From contig CAOJRP010000004.1 of the NCBI GenBank assembly GCA_948442015.1, forward strand, positions 4,665-68,664: DNA of 64,000 bases, read 5' to 3'. Source of the DNA: an uncultured Erysipelotrichaceae bacterium (GTDB lineage Bacteria; Bacillota_I; Bacilli_A; RF39; UBA660). The notes under the pieces are model-generated. The model did not search any database and had not been told where the DNA came from. It saw nothing but the letters and a program-made list of their open reading frames with translations. Position 1 is the stretch's first letter; the number at the start of each line of letters is the position of its first letter. Both the position numbers and the translations under genes were made by a program. Shown here piece after piece: positions 18,525-27,555 of the stretch.

Positions 18525-19492
18525 GAAGAGAACTTAGACAAAAAATTCTTCTTTTAAAAGTGAATTTATTATCTTTACTTAAATATAAGAAAAGTAATAA
18601 AAATGTAGCTATTTTGTCATCAAAGAAGTGGCAAAATAAAGTAACAGATGACATATTGTTAAGAAAAGAATTATTAAAAAATAATATTAATGCTAAAATA
18701 ATCGCATTTGAAGAACCACAAAACTATAAAGAATTTGATTTAGTAATTGTAAGAAGTATTTGGGGTTATGAAAAAGATATTGCTAATTTTGAAAAGTTTT
18801 TAAATAGACTATCTAAAAATAATATTCCTGTATTAAATGATATTGCAATAATAAAAAATAATTATGATAAAGAAAAACAGTTTAGTCTTTTAGAAAAGTA
18901 TAAAATACCTCATATTAAGACAATCTTTATTCCCAAAAATAGTAAAAATATTGCATCACAAGTACAAGAAAACTTAAATGGCGAGATGATTTTAAAGCCA
19001 AGTATGTCCGCAAGTGGGAATAATACTTATTTGATAAATAGTAGGGAAGATAGAAAAAACACTTTACCTTTAGAAGAAATTAATAAGAAATTTAAGGGTA
19101 TTAATGCGTCAACTAGTTTAATGCTCCAACCATTTATTAAGGAAATTGATGAAGGAGAAATATCTTTAATCTATATTGATGGAAAGTTTAGTCATGCCAT
19201 AAAGAGATTTCCTAGTGTTTTTAATAATAAAAAGGGAATAAGTTATATTTCTAATATTGATAAAGAGTTACTTATCTTAGGAGAAAAAGTTTTAAAAATA
19301 AAAGAGTATCAAGGTGCTTTATATGAGCGGATTGACGTTATAAAAATAAATAATGAATATTTTGTTATGGAACTAGAGTTAGTAGAACCTGATTTCTTTA
19401 TTAGATATATTTCGAAAAAAGAAGTTAAGAAATATATCTTAAAAAATTTAGTTAAAGCTATAAAAGAGAAAATGGAGGAATTAAAATTATAG
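18521..19492 (+). CDS. ATP-grasp family enzyme (RimK/glutathione-synthetase-like)
   Basis: ATGA overlap with the aminotransferase. MILKPSMSASGNNTYL, glycine-poor loop and C-terminal E..ELELVEP resemble ATP-grasp nucleotide and Mg sites. Confidence 0.6.
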   Translation: MRRELRQKILLLKVNLLSLLKYKKSNKNVAILSSKKWQNKVTDDILLRKELLKNNINAKIIAFEEPQNYKEFDLVIVRSIWGYEKDIANFEKFLNRLSKNNIPVLNDIAIIKNNYDKEKQFSLLEKYKIPHIKTIFIPKNSKNIASQVQENLNGEMILKPSMSASGNNTYLINSREDRKNTLPLEEINKKFKGINASTSLMLQPFIKEIDEGEISLIYIDGKFSHAIKRFPSVFNNKKGISYISNIDKELLILGEKVLKIKEYQGALYERIDVIKINNEYFVMELELVEPDFFIRYISKKEVKKYILKNLVKAIKEKMEELKL

Positions 19493-19536
19493 TTAGTAAA
19501 GTTTAAACTTTTATGGCAAAATAGTTAATAATAAAA

Positions 19537-19558
19537 AAGAAATGTTTGAACATTTCTT
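19537..19558. terminator. bidirectional terminator between convergent genes
   Basis: AAGAAATGTT-tga-AACATTTCTT flanked by an A-run and a T-run. Confidence 0.55.
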
Positions 19559-20039
19559 AATTTATATTTTTCAAAGTGTTAGTTTCAGCATTTTGTACTA
19601 TGAAATCTACTGATTGGAATGTTTCTTTAATTTTAGTAATTGCTTCAACCATTTCTTCATATGTTGAGAAAACTTTATCATAATTATTTAAAGGAATAAT
19701 GCCATTCTTGGTTATAGTAACATTCTCAATACCTCTTTCAAGATAGTCTTTCAATATTTTTTCATCATTTGTTACAGCTTGAGAATTTTTGTTTAATTTA
19801 TCATTTAGTCTTTTTAGATCTGTTGTTTTTAAAACTTGTCCTACATACAAATTGTATGATGTACTATCAATATCAAAAGTAGCATTAGCTCCAACTTTAA
19901 AAAATGTATATTGAATTTTTGCCATATAAGCATTTTTTGGTATGTCATCAAAATTTCCATAAGAAAGAGTATCCGGATCAATTCCGTATTCAATAGACAT
20001 TTTTGGTTTCATTGTTTCTAATTCCTCATCACTAAACAT
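19557..20039 (-). CDS. hypothetical protein
   Basis: 160-aa ORF with GGAGGAAAA RBS on the minus strand (20047-20055). Confidence 0.55.
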   Translation of the reverse strand: MFSDEELETMKPKMSIEYGIDPDTLSYGNFDDIPKNAYMAKIQYTFFKVGANATFDIDSTSYNLYVGQVLKTTDLKRLNDKLNKNSQAVTNDEKILKDYLERGIENVTITKNGIIPLNNYDKVFSTYEEMVEAITKIKETFQSVDFIVQNAETNTLKNIN

Positions 20040-20098
20040 ATATTTTCCTCCTTACATATTATTATTTTAATATATAATTATTTAAAATGCAATCACTA

Positions 20099-20127
20099 TT
20101 GACAAGTGTCTATATTTTAGGTATTAT
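20099..20127 (+). promoter_or_regulatory. sigA-type promoter for tRNA-Glu
   Basis: TTGACA (20099-104), 17 nt, TATTAT (20122-27), 15 nt before the tRNA. Confidence 0.5.
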
Positions 20128-20142
20128 TAAGTAGTCTTATTT

Positions 20143-20219
20143 AGCCCGTTGGTGAAGGGGTTTAACACACTGCTTTCTCAAGGCAGCATTCACGGGTTCG
20201 AAACCCGTACGGGTTACCA
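20143..20219 (+). tRNA. tRNA-Glu (anticodon CTC), CCA encoded
   Basis: Hand fold: acceptor AGCCCGT/ACGGGTT (A1-U72, G2-U71), D arm GTG-11nt-CAC, anticodon arm CTGCT-TTCTCAA-GGCAG, variable CATTC, T arm ACGGG-TTCGAAA-CCCGT, ACCA. Overall sequence is close to Bacillus tRNA-Glu(UUC) as I remember it. Confidence 0.8.
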
Positions 20220-20337
20220 TTTTGTTAGTTACTCGAATTTTTCGAGGATAAATAGAACGGCTTGTTTAAAAGTCGTTTTTATGTTATATTATTGCACATG
20301 AAAGAATATTTAAATAAACACAATAAAGGAGTTTTAG

Positions 20338-20640
20338 ATGGCAACTGTAAAAGAATATAAAGAGTATATTTTAGAACAACTAAATTTATTAGATAATATA
20401 ACTTGTAGGTCAATGATGGGAGAATATTTATTATATTATAACGATACTTTATTTGGAGGTATTTACGATAATAGATTACTTATAAAAATAGTTGAAACTA
20501 ATAAAAAATATAATTTACAAGAACAAATACCTTATAAAAATGCTAAACCAATGTTTTTAGTTGATAATATTGAAGATAAAGAATTAGTAAGAGAAATTGT
20601 ACTTGAAAGTTGTAAAGATTTAGCTAATAAGAAAAAATAA
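20338..20640 (+). CDS. TfoX N-terminal-domain-like protein
   Basis: RSMMGEYLLYYNDTLFGGIYDNRLLIK resembles the TfoX_N core (MFG.Y.LY.....FG.I.D..L..K). Confidence 0.55.
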   Translation: MATVKEYKEYILEQLNLLDNITCRSMMGEYLLYYNDTLFGGIYDNRLLIKIVETNKKYNLQEQIPYKNAKPMFLVDNIEDKELVREIVLESCKDLANKKK

Positions 20641-20652
20641 GTGGGTGAAGAT

Positions 20653-20871
20653 ATGAAAAAGAAAATTTTATATTATGGAATACTTGTTTTATCGATAGTT
20701 TTATGTGTTATTCCTTTTACTTTGTTAAAAGATACAAAAGTTTTGTCTCCTCTTATTTTAGTTATAGGACTTTATTTCTTTTTAGGTTCTTTAATAAAAT
20801 TGTGTAAAACTAATAAAAAATTAAAAAACACTATTCTTTGCCTAGTTGACTTCTTGTTTTGGTGGATTTAA
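20653..20871 (+). CDS. small membrane protein (2 TM)
   Basis: ORF 20641..20871, ATG 20653. Confidence 0.4.
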   Translation: MKKKILYYGILVLSIVLCVIPFTLLKDTKVLSPLILVIGLYFFLGSLIKLCKTNKKLKNTILCLVDFLFWWI

Positions 20872-20888
20872 AAGAAAGGTTACTTACT

Positions 20889-21161
20889 ATGGATTTATTA
20901 ATAGAGTTTATATTTGAGTTGATATTTGATGGAAGTATAGAACTTGCTAAAAGCCAAAAGATAAGTAAATGGATTAGATATCCTTTAATTGCTATTTTGT
21001 CTTTCCTTATTCTAGCAATAATTTTTCTAATGGGTTTTATAGCAGTTGCTTTATTTCTAAGTTATTTAGCATATTCTTTCCTTGGTGGATTAGTTTTGTT
21101 TGCTATAGATATTCTACTTATCATCTCGTTAATTAAAAATATTATAAAAGAAAAAAATTAA
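20889..21161 (+). CDS. small membrane protein (2 TM)
   Basis: ORF 20859..21161, ATG 20889. Confidence 0.4.
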   Translation: MDLLIEFIFELIFDGSIELAKSQKISKWIRYPLIAILSFLILAIIFLMGFIAVALFLSYLAYSFLGGLVLFAIDILLIISLIKNIIKEKN

Positions 21162-21192
21162 AAAATAAATAATAAAAAAAGGAGTTGAAATT

Positions 21193-21831
21193 ATGGCTTT
21201 TGATTATAAGAAAGAATATAAGGAATTTTATATGCCAAAGAATAAACCAAGTATTGTAAAAGTACCTAAAATGAATTATATTGCTGTTAGAGGAAAAGGA
21301 AATCCTAATGATGAAAATGGAGAATATAAAAATTCTATAGGGCTTTTATATGCTATTGCTTTTACTATTAAGATGAGTTATAAAGGTAGTCATAAAATAG
21401 AAGGCTACTTTGAATATGTTGTTCCACCACTTGAAGGTTTTTGGTGGCAAGATGAGATGAGTGGAAGTATCGATTATAATAGGAAAGATACAATGCATTT
21501 TATATCAGTTATTAGATTGCCGGACTTTGTAACAGAAAATGATTTTTCTTGGGCCATTGAAGAAGCAACTAAGAAAAAGAAACAAGACTTTTCTAAGGTT
21601 GAATTTCTTGCCTTTGATGAAGGCATTTGTGTACAATGTATGCATATTGGTTCTTATGATGATGAACCTACTACTGTGGAGTTAATGCATGAATATATGA
21701 AAGAAAATGGTTATGTTTTAGATATAACTGATACAAGATTACACCACGAAATATATTTAAGTGACCCAAGAAGGTGTGATGTAAGTAAATTAAAAACAGT
21801 TATAAGACATCCTATAAAAAAGATTAAATAA
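21193..21831 (+). CDS. GyrI-like small-molecule-binding domain protein
   Basis: N-terminus DYKKEYKEFYMPKNKPSIVKVPKMNYIAVRGKGNPN is the stereotyped start of this family. 212 aa. Confidence 0.7.
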   Translation: MAFDYKKEYKEFYMPKNKPSIVKVPKMNYIAVRGKGNPNDENGEYKNSIGLLYAIAFTIKMSYKGSHKIEGYFEYVVPPLEGFWWQDEMSGSIDYNRKDTMHFISVIRLPDFVTENDFSWAIEEATKKKKQDFSKVEFLAFDEGICVQCMHIGSYDDEPTTVELMHEYMKENGYVLDITDTRLHHEIYLSDPRRCDVSKLKTVIRHPIKKIK

Positions 21832-21864
21832 GAAAGTAATTACATATAATTTATTGGTGATTAT

Positions 21865-22128
21865 ATGTTTAATATTAGTGATGCTATCTATGCAGCAAAA
21901 ATTTTGGGTGTTTCATTTGATAAATATACACCTGAAGAGTTTTTAAGAGGGATTAATATAGAATTAGAACATGGAACAGTAAACAAAGAAACTAATGTAA
22001 CAAATGATGATTTAATTACAACGGCAAAAATAGCTTTGGCTCATTTAAATGAATATCCTAATTACTATAATAAAGATTATGGTTTATTAGTATTTGAAAG
22101 ATTTTTAGAAAGTAAATTAAAAAATTAA
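21865..22128 (+). CDS. small conserved protein (DUF5661-like)
   Basis: GINIELEHG ... IALAHLNEYPNYY pattern. Confidence 0.5.
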   Translation: MFNISDAIYAAKILGVSFDKYTPEEFLRGINIELEHGTVNKETNVTNDDLITTAKIALAHLNEYPNYYNKDYGLLVFERFLESKLKN

Positions 22129-22168
22129 GGACAAATCGTTTTCTGGTTTGTTCTTTTTTTGTTATAAT
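22129..22168 (+). repeat. terminator/extended -10 promoter module, divergent copy a
   Basis: GGACAAATCGTTTTCTGGTTTGTTCTTTTTTTGTTATAAT. It shares ...TTTGTTCTTTTTTTGTTATAAT with copies at 38196 and 42892. Confidence 0.5.
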
Positions 22169-22198
22169 TAAAGAAAACAAATTTGGAAGGATTTTTAT

Positions 22199-23224
22199 AT
22201 GAATATAGAAGATGAAATTTTTAAAAGAAGTATTATTGATTTTACTAAGTTGTTAAAATATGGTTTTCAAAAAGAAAACGAAAATTATATTTATACAAAA
22301 GAAATTATTGATAACTCTTTTAGAGTCGTTATTGAAATAGATAAAAATGGTAATGTCCGAGGAAAGATTTATGACTTAGTATTTAATGAAGAATATACGA
22401 ATTATCGTGTTGAAAATAATATGGGAGAATTTGTTTCCCAAATAAAAGAGCAATTTGAACGAATTTTATTGGAAATAAGAGATAAGTGTACAACTTCAAA
22501 ATATTTTATAACTAATCAAGCTAATGAATTGATTGAATTAATAAAAGAAAAATATAATGTAAATCCTGAATTTTTATGGGAGTCTTCACCTAATTCTGCA
22601 GTCTTTAGAAATAAAAGAAGTGATAAATGGTTTGGTTTAATTATGAATATCGATAGAAGTAAGATTATAAAGGGTGAACAAGGTGAAGTTGAAGTATTAA
22701 ACATTAAACTTGATAGAGAAACTCCGAAATATTTAGAGATAAAAGGAATATATCCTGCTTATCACATGAGTAAAAAAAGTTGGGTAAGTATAATTTTAGA
22801 TAATACTTTGTCTACGAAAGAAATTATGGAATTGATTAATATAAGTTATGATTTTACTAATACGTTAGGAGAGTGGTTAATACCTGCTAATCCTAAATAT
22901 TATGATGTAATGAATGCTTTTAATGATACTGATACTATTACTTGGAAACAATCTAATAAGATATTACCTAATGATATTGTCTATTTATATGTTGCTGAAC
23001 CAATCTCAGCGATAATGTTTAAGTGTCAAGTAGTTGAAACAGATATTCCATATCTTTATGAGGATAATAATTTAAAGATGAATAAAGTTATGAAAATTAA
23101 GCTATTAAAAAGGTATAATCAAGATGAATTTAGTTTTAAAAAGTTAAAAGAATATGATGTGAAAAGTATAAGAGGACCAAGAAGTGTTCCCGCTAAACTT
23201 AGTAAGGAATTAAATAGAAAATAA
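22199..23224 (+). CDS. three-part fusion: N-terminal domain + MmcQ/YjbR-like domain + C-terminal PUA-like (EVE/ASCH-type) domain
   Basis: Middle: KWFGLIMNIDRSKI ... YHMSKKSWVSIILD (YjbR pattern). C-terminus: EWLIPANPKYYDV...WKQSNKILPNDIVYLYVAEPISAIMFKCQV (EVE/PUA-like pattern). Confidence 0.55.
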   Translation: MNIEDEIFKRSIIDFTKLLKYGFQKENENYIYTKEIIDNSFRVVIEIDKNGNVRGKIYDLVFNEEYTNYRVENNMGEFVSQIKEQFERILLEIRDKCTTSKYFITNQANELIELIKEKYNVNPEFLWESSPNSAVFRNKRSDKWFGLIMNIDRSKIIKGEQGEVEVLNIKLDRETPKYLEIKGIYPAYHMSKKSWVSIILDNTLSTKEIMELINISYDFTNTLGEWLIPANPKYYDVMNAFNDTDTITWKQSNKILPNDIVYLYVAEPISAIMFKCQVVETDIPYLYEDNNLKMNKVMKIKLLKRYNQDEFSFKKLKEYDVKSIRGPRSVPAKLSKELNRK

Positions 23225-23452
23225 TTATTTATATAGAAAAAAACTTAAGTTTTTTGAATTGACTTTATTAAACGAAAAATCATATTTTATAAATTAATTA
23301 GTTAAATAAATATAAGAGTCATTGATAGTAATGGCTTTTTTGTATGCAATAATCTAATTATTGATACAATGAGTAAAAAAATAAAGAAATTTCATGAAGA
23401 AAAGAGAAATTTCTTTTTTTACAGTGTAAATATAATGGTGAAGGGAGGAAAA

Positions 23453-24358
23453 ATGCTAAAGTTATCAAAAATAAATTTAGAGAAAGAAGATGATGTTATA
23501 AATAAAGATAATGTGAAGACTCAAATAATTGTTAAAGAACAAAAAATTAATGTAATAAGAGTTGAAAATGAAGATTATATATCCTTAACAGATTTAGCAA
23601 GATATGCTGATAATGATGAACCTAGATATCCTATACAAAATTGGATGAGGAATAAAGATGTTATTTTGTATTTAGGTTTATGGGAGAGGATTAATAATGA
23701 AAATTTCAAAGGTGTCGAATTCGACACGTTTAAAAATGAGGCAGGTAGTAACAAATTTAAAATATCTCCTCAAAAGTGGATTAAAGAAACTAATGCTATC
23801 GGTATAATTTCTAAATCTGGTAATAATGGTGGGACTTTTGTTCATCCTGATATAGCATTTGTATTTGCCAGCTGGTTAAGTCCTGAATTTAAATTATATG
23901 TAATTCAAGAATTTCAAAGATTAAAGAAGAATGAAAGTTATCAAAATAAAATTGATTGGCATGCTAATCGGGTTTTAGCAAAAGTAAATTATCTGGTTCA
24001 AACAGATGCTATTAAAAATTATATTGTTCCAAATCTTACAGAAACACAGAAAAAGTTTGTTTATGCTAGTGAAGCAGATGTTTTAAATGTAGCATTATTT
24101 GGAGTAACTGCTAAAGAATGGAGAGAACAAAACCCTAACTTAAAAGGTAATATAAGAGATTATACAGATTTATTACATTTAGTAATATTAAATAATTTAG
24201 AAAATATCAATGCTTCATTAATAGAGATGGGACTTATTCAAAGAGAAAGACTAATAAAGTTAAATAATCTTGCTAAAAAGCAAATGGAATTATTAAGAAA
24301 TAACAATTCACTTAATAATCTAGAGTATATAGAAAATAAAACTAAGATTTCTCTTTAA
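23453..24358 (+). CDS. KilA-N domain-containing DNA-binding protein
   Basis: INVIRVENEDYISLTDLARY ... GGTFVHPDIAFVFASWLSPEFKLYVIQEFQRLK. ATG 23453 after GAAGGGAGGAAAA. Confidence 0.75.
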   Translation: MLKLSKINLEKEDDVINKDNVKTQIIVKEQKINVIRVENEDYISLTDLARYADNDEPRYPIQNWMRNKDVILYLGLWERINNENFKGVEFDTFKNEAGSNKFKISPQKWIKETNAIGIISKSGNNGGTFVHPDIAFVFASWLSPEFKLYVIQEFQRLKKNESYQNKIDWHANRVLAKVNYLVQTDAIKNYIVPNLTETQKKFVYASEADVLNVALFGVTAKEWREQNPNLKGNIRDYTDLLHLVILNNLENINASLIEMGLIQRERLIKLNNLAKKQMELLRNNNSLNNLEYIENKTKISL

Positions 24359-24405
24359 AAATTTGATACAATATTATAAAGAATTAAATAATTAGGAGAA
24401 ATGTT

Positions 24406-25758
24406 ATGAAAAAAATTATTTATATTGGTGTGATTATTGTAGTCATTTTAATAGGAGGAATAATAAGTATGGATTTATTTAATAAGAAAGAAGAATTTAA
24501 AAGTGATATTCCAAATGGTTATGATGGAACTTATGATGGAGTTTTTCCTTTTCATGAACCTTTTGGCCGTGGTATTGGAGTAAATTCTGGTCGTGTTTCT
24601 TGGATTCATGATAAGAAAAGTGTTTCTTGGGATGGAAATGGTTATTGGTGGAATTTAAGTAATTTTGATGAAAATGTAATATTAGACATGATTAATACTT
24701 CTATTACTTCTTTAAGTGGGAAAGATGATGTTAAAGATGGTTGGAATTCTTTATTTACTTATTTTAACCAAAATCATAATAAAGGTGAAGTAGGATATCA
24801 AAGTAATGAAAAAATAGTCATTAAAGCTAATATCAATGGTTCTGGTGTCTTTGACGATGATACATCGGGAGAAACAAATATGTCTTATACTAATCCTGTT
24901 TTATTAAAAGCACTATTAAAATCTTTAGTAGAAGAAGCAGGTGTTAACCCTAAAAATATTATTGTTTATGATGTATCAAGATTATTTCCTAAGTATATGG
25001 TGGAAATGTGTACAGAAGGGAATTTAAAAGGTGTTTCTTTTGTTGACCGAGATAGTGGAGTAAGGGATGAAAATGTTCCAATAAACTGGTCATATAAATT
25101 TAGTGGGAAAGTAAATTATGTTCCAACAATTGTGACAAATGCCGATTATTTGATTAACTTAGCTAATTTAAAAGGACATAGCTATGGAATAACTTTAACT
25201 GCTAAAAATCATTTTGGTTCTTTTATTAATGGTAATATGATGCGACCTCCAGAAGGAGCCAATTTACATCAGTTTTTAACAAAAAATGAAATGAATATTT
25301 ATAGTCCTTTAACTGATTTAACTGCTAATAGAGAATATGGTGGTAAAACTCTTCTTTATATGTTAGATGGAATCATTTGTGCAGTAAGTGAGGGAAGTTC
25401 AATTACAAAAGAAAATTCTACTTGGGTAAGTGACCCTTTTAATAATTATTATGCAGCAAGTGTTATTGTGTCTCAAGACCCTGTCGCTATTGATTCTGTT
25501 GGAGCTGATATTTTGATGAATGAACCAACTGTAACGGAAAATAATAGCTCTTTAAAAAATAACTCTAATGTTGAAAATTATCTTCATGAATCAGGATTAG
25601 TAGATAATGCTCCTTCTAAAACTACTTATTATGATGGCTTTGGTAAAAGAATAACAAATCTTGGTGTTCATGAACATTGGAATAACAGTAAAGAAAGAAA
25701 ATATAGCAGAAATTTAGGAAAAGATGAGGGAATAGAATTAATTTATATAGAAAAATAA
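24406..25758 (+). CDS. DUF362-domain protein with N-terminal membrane anchor
   Basis: IVIKANINGS, NPVLLKALL, VYDVS, LINLANLKGHSYGITLTAKNHFGS follow the DUF362 pattern. Confidence 0.6.
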   Translation: MKKIIYIGVIIVVILIGGIISMDLFNKKEEFKSDIPNGYDGTYDGVFPFHEPFGRGIGVNSGRVSWIHDKKSVSWDGNGYWWNLSNFDENVILDMINTSITSLSGKDDVKDGWNSLFTYFNQNHNKGEVGYQSNEKIVIKANINGSGVFDDDTSGETNMSYTNPVLLKALLKSLVEEAGVNPKNIIVYDVSRLFPKYMVEMCTEGNLKGVSFVDRDSGVRDENVPINWSYKFSGKVNYVPTIVTNADYLINLANLKGHSYGITLTAKNHFGSFINGNMMRPPEGANLHQFLTKNEMNIYSPLTDLTANREYGGKTLLYMLDGIICAVSEGSSITKENSTWVSDPFNNYYAASVIVSQDPVAIDSVGADILMNEPTVTENNSSLKNNSNVENYLHESGLVDNAPSKTTYYDGFGKRITNLGVHEHWNNSKERKYSRNLGKDEGIELIYIEK

Positions 25759-25818
25759 AAAGTCTTAGTTAAGTTTAAGATTGTGAAAATATATTTTAGA
25801 AATAGAAAGGAAAATTTA

Positions 25819-26373
25819 ATGTCAAATATATATATAAAAACACCTTCTTTTGAAGAGATACATTATAGATATGCTTGGATGAAAGATGAAAAAACAATGT
25901 CATATAATTCTGGTTATAATATAGAATTAAAAGGTTATAATAAGCGAACAGGCACTATAAATAAAACTACTGAAGAGAAGATAAATTGGTATAATAATTG
26001 GATTAATAAAGAGCCTGATAAATATTTTGCTTATATTTATGATGAAATGATAGAAGAACCTATTGGAGAAATTTATTATTATTTAGATAATGACATTCAT
26101 AATATGGGTATTGTTATACAGAATAAATATCGAGGTAAAGGCTATTCATATCAAGCTTTAAAAGAATTACAAAAAGTGGCATTTGAAAAAAATAATATTA
26201 ATGAATTATCAGATTTTATTCCAATTGATAGAATTGCAGCATTAAAATCTTTTAGAAAAGCAGGTTTTGTTGTTACTGATAAGGAGCGAAAGAAATTTGT
26301 TTTTGATAAGATAGAAACTTCAAAACAATTATTAATTACAAAAAATATGTATTTCAAAAATAAAATAAATTAA
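25819..26373 (+). CDS. GNAT family N-acetyltransferase
   Basis: VIQNKYRGKGYSYQALKEL (Q/RxxGxG/A acetyl-CoA site). ATG 25819. Confidence 0.75.
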   Translation: MSNIYIKTPSFEEIHYRYAWMKDEKTMSYNSGYNIELKGYNKRTGTINKTTEEKINWYNNWINKEPDKYFAYIYDEMIEEPIGEIYYYLDNDIHNMGIVIQNKYRGKGYSYQALKELQKVAFEKNNINELSDFIPIDRIAALKSFRKAGFVVTDKERKKFVFDKIETSKQLLITKNMYFKNKIN

Positions 26374-26713
26374 ATATTACTATGTTTTAATTGGAGAAAT
26401 TTAGTTTTTTTTAAAAAATATATAGTTTTTCAAAAATTTTAAATTTAAATATTTTGATATTAATAATACAAAATATATTTTTGAACTTTTAAAGATTAAT
26501 CAAAAAAAATATACCATATTTTGATATATTAAAAATTGAAGAAGAAAATATATATGTATTATTATGAATTTTGTTTTTATCGACCAATATTTGCACTTGT
26601 ATAGTAAAAATTGGTCGATAACTTGCTTTTTTTATTAATAGTATATTAAATTATAGTTAACTAAATGGAAAAATTATATAAAAAGAAAAATATATAGGAG
26701 AGGAAAAAATCAT

Positions 26714-27493
26714 ATGTATTACCCAAAGCAAATCCCATATTTATTAGATAAAGAATTTAAAGAAAATATCTTATATCAAGAATACAATATCAAAGAATTA
26801 GAAGATTATTGTATGTGTATTTGGACTATGAAATCAAAAAAAATATCTGATAAAAAAATTTCTAATAATGTTTTACCCGATGCTTGTATTGATATAGTTA
26901 TAGATTTTGTTGATAAAACAATTTGCTTTGCGGGATTTAGTAAAGATACAATGGTTTTGGAATTAAATAAAGATATTGACTTTATGGGAGTTCGCTTAAA
27001 ACCTGGAGTGTTTTATTTACTTTTTAATATTCAAGCAGATAAAGTAATGGATAAAGGTATACCTTTTAATGATATTGAAAAAGATTTCAATATGGATAAA
27101 ATATTAGATATAGAAAATAGAGATGAAAGAATAGAGTATTTAAAAAAATATTTACTTCAAAAAACGAGGGATAAAAAAGATAGAACTTTTTTAAGAGTTG
27201 TGGAAAACTTGTATGGAAATCCTTTGGAACAAAGTGTAGTTGATATAGCTAATACTTTTGGGTATAACGAAAGACATCTTTATCGTTTGTTTAAAACTAA
27301 TTATGGTGTTGCTCCCAAAGTTTTGTTAAATATTTTAAGACTGCATTTATGCTTAACTTTAATGTTAGAAAAGAATATTAGTTTAGTAGATATTGCAAGT
27401 ATTTGTGGTTTCTATGACCAATCTCACTTTATTAAAGAAATAAAAAAATATACTGGCATTTCTCCTTTAAAGATAATTGAAGATTATAAATAA
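26714..27493 (+). CDS. AraC family transcriptional regulator
   Basis: C-terminal dual HTH (ERHLYRLFKTNYGVAPK ... GFYDQSHFIKEIKKYTGISP). Confidence 0.85.
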   Translation: MYYPKQIPYLLDKEFKENILYQEYNIKELEDYCMCIWTMKSKKISDKKISNNVLPDACIDIVIDFVDKTICFAGFSKDTMVLELNKDIDFMGVRLKPGVFYLLFNIQADKVMDKGIPFNDIEKDFNMDKILDIENRDERIEYLKKYLLQKTRDKKDRTFLRVVENLYGNPLEQSVVDIANTFGYNERHLYRLFKTNYGVAPKVLLNILRLHLCLTLMLEKNISLVDIASICGFYDQSHFIKEIKKYTGISPLKIIEDYK

Positions 27494-27555
27494 TGTCTGT
27501 TTTTTACAAGACAATTTTTGTAGTATTTCTTATAATCTTATTGGAGGTATGAAAA

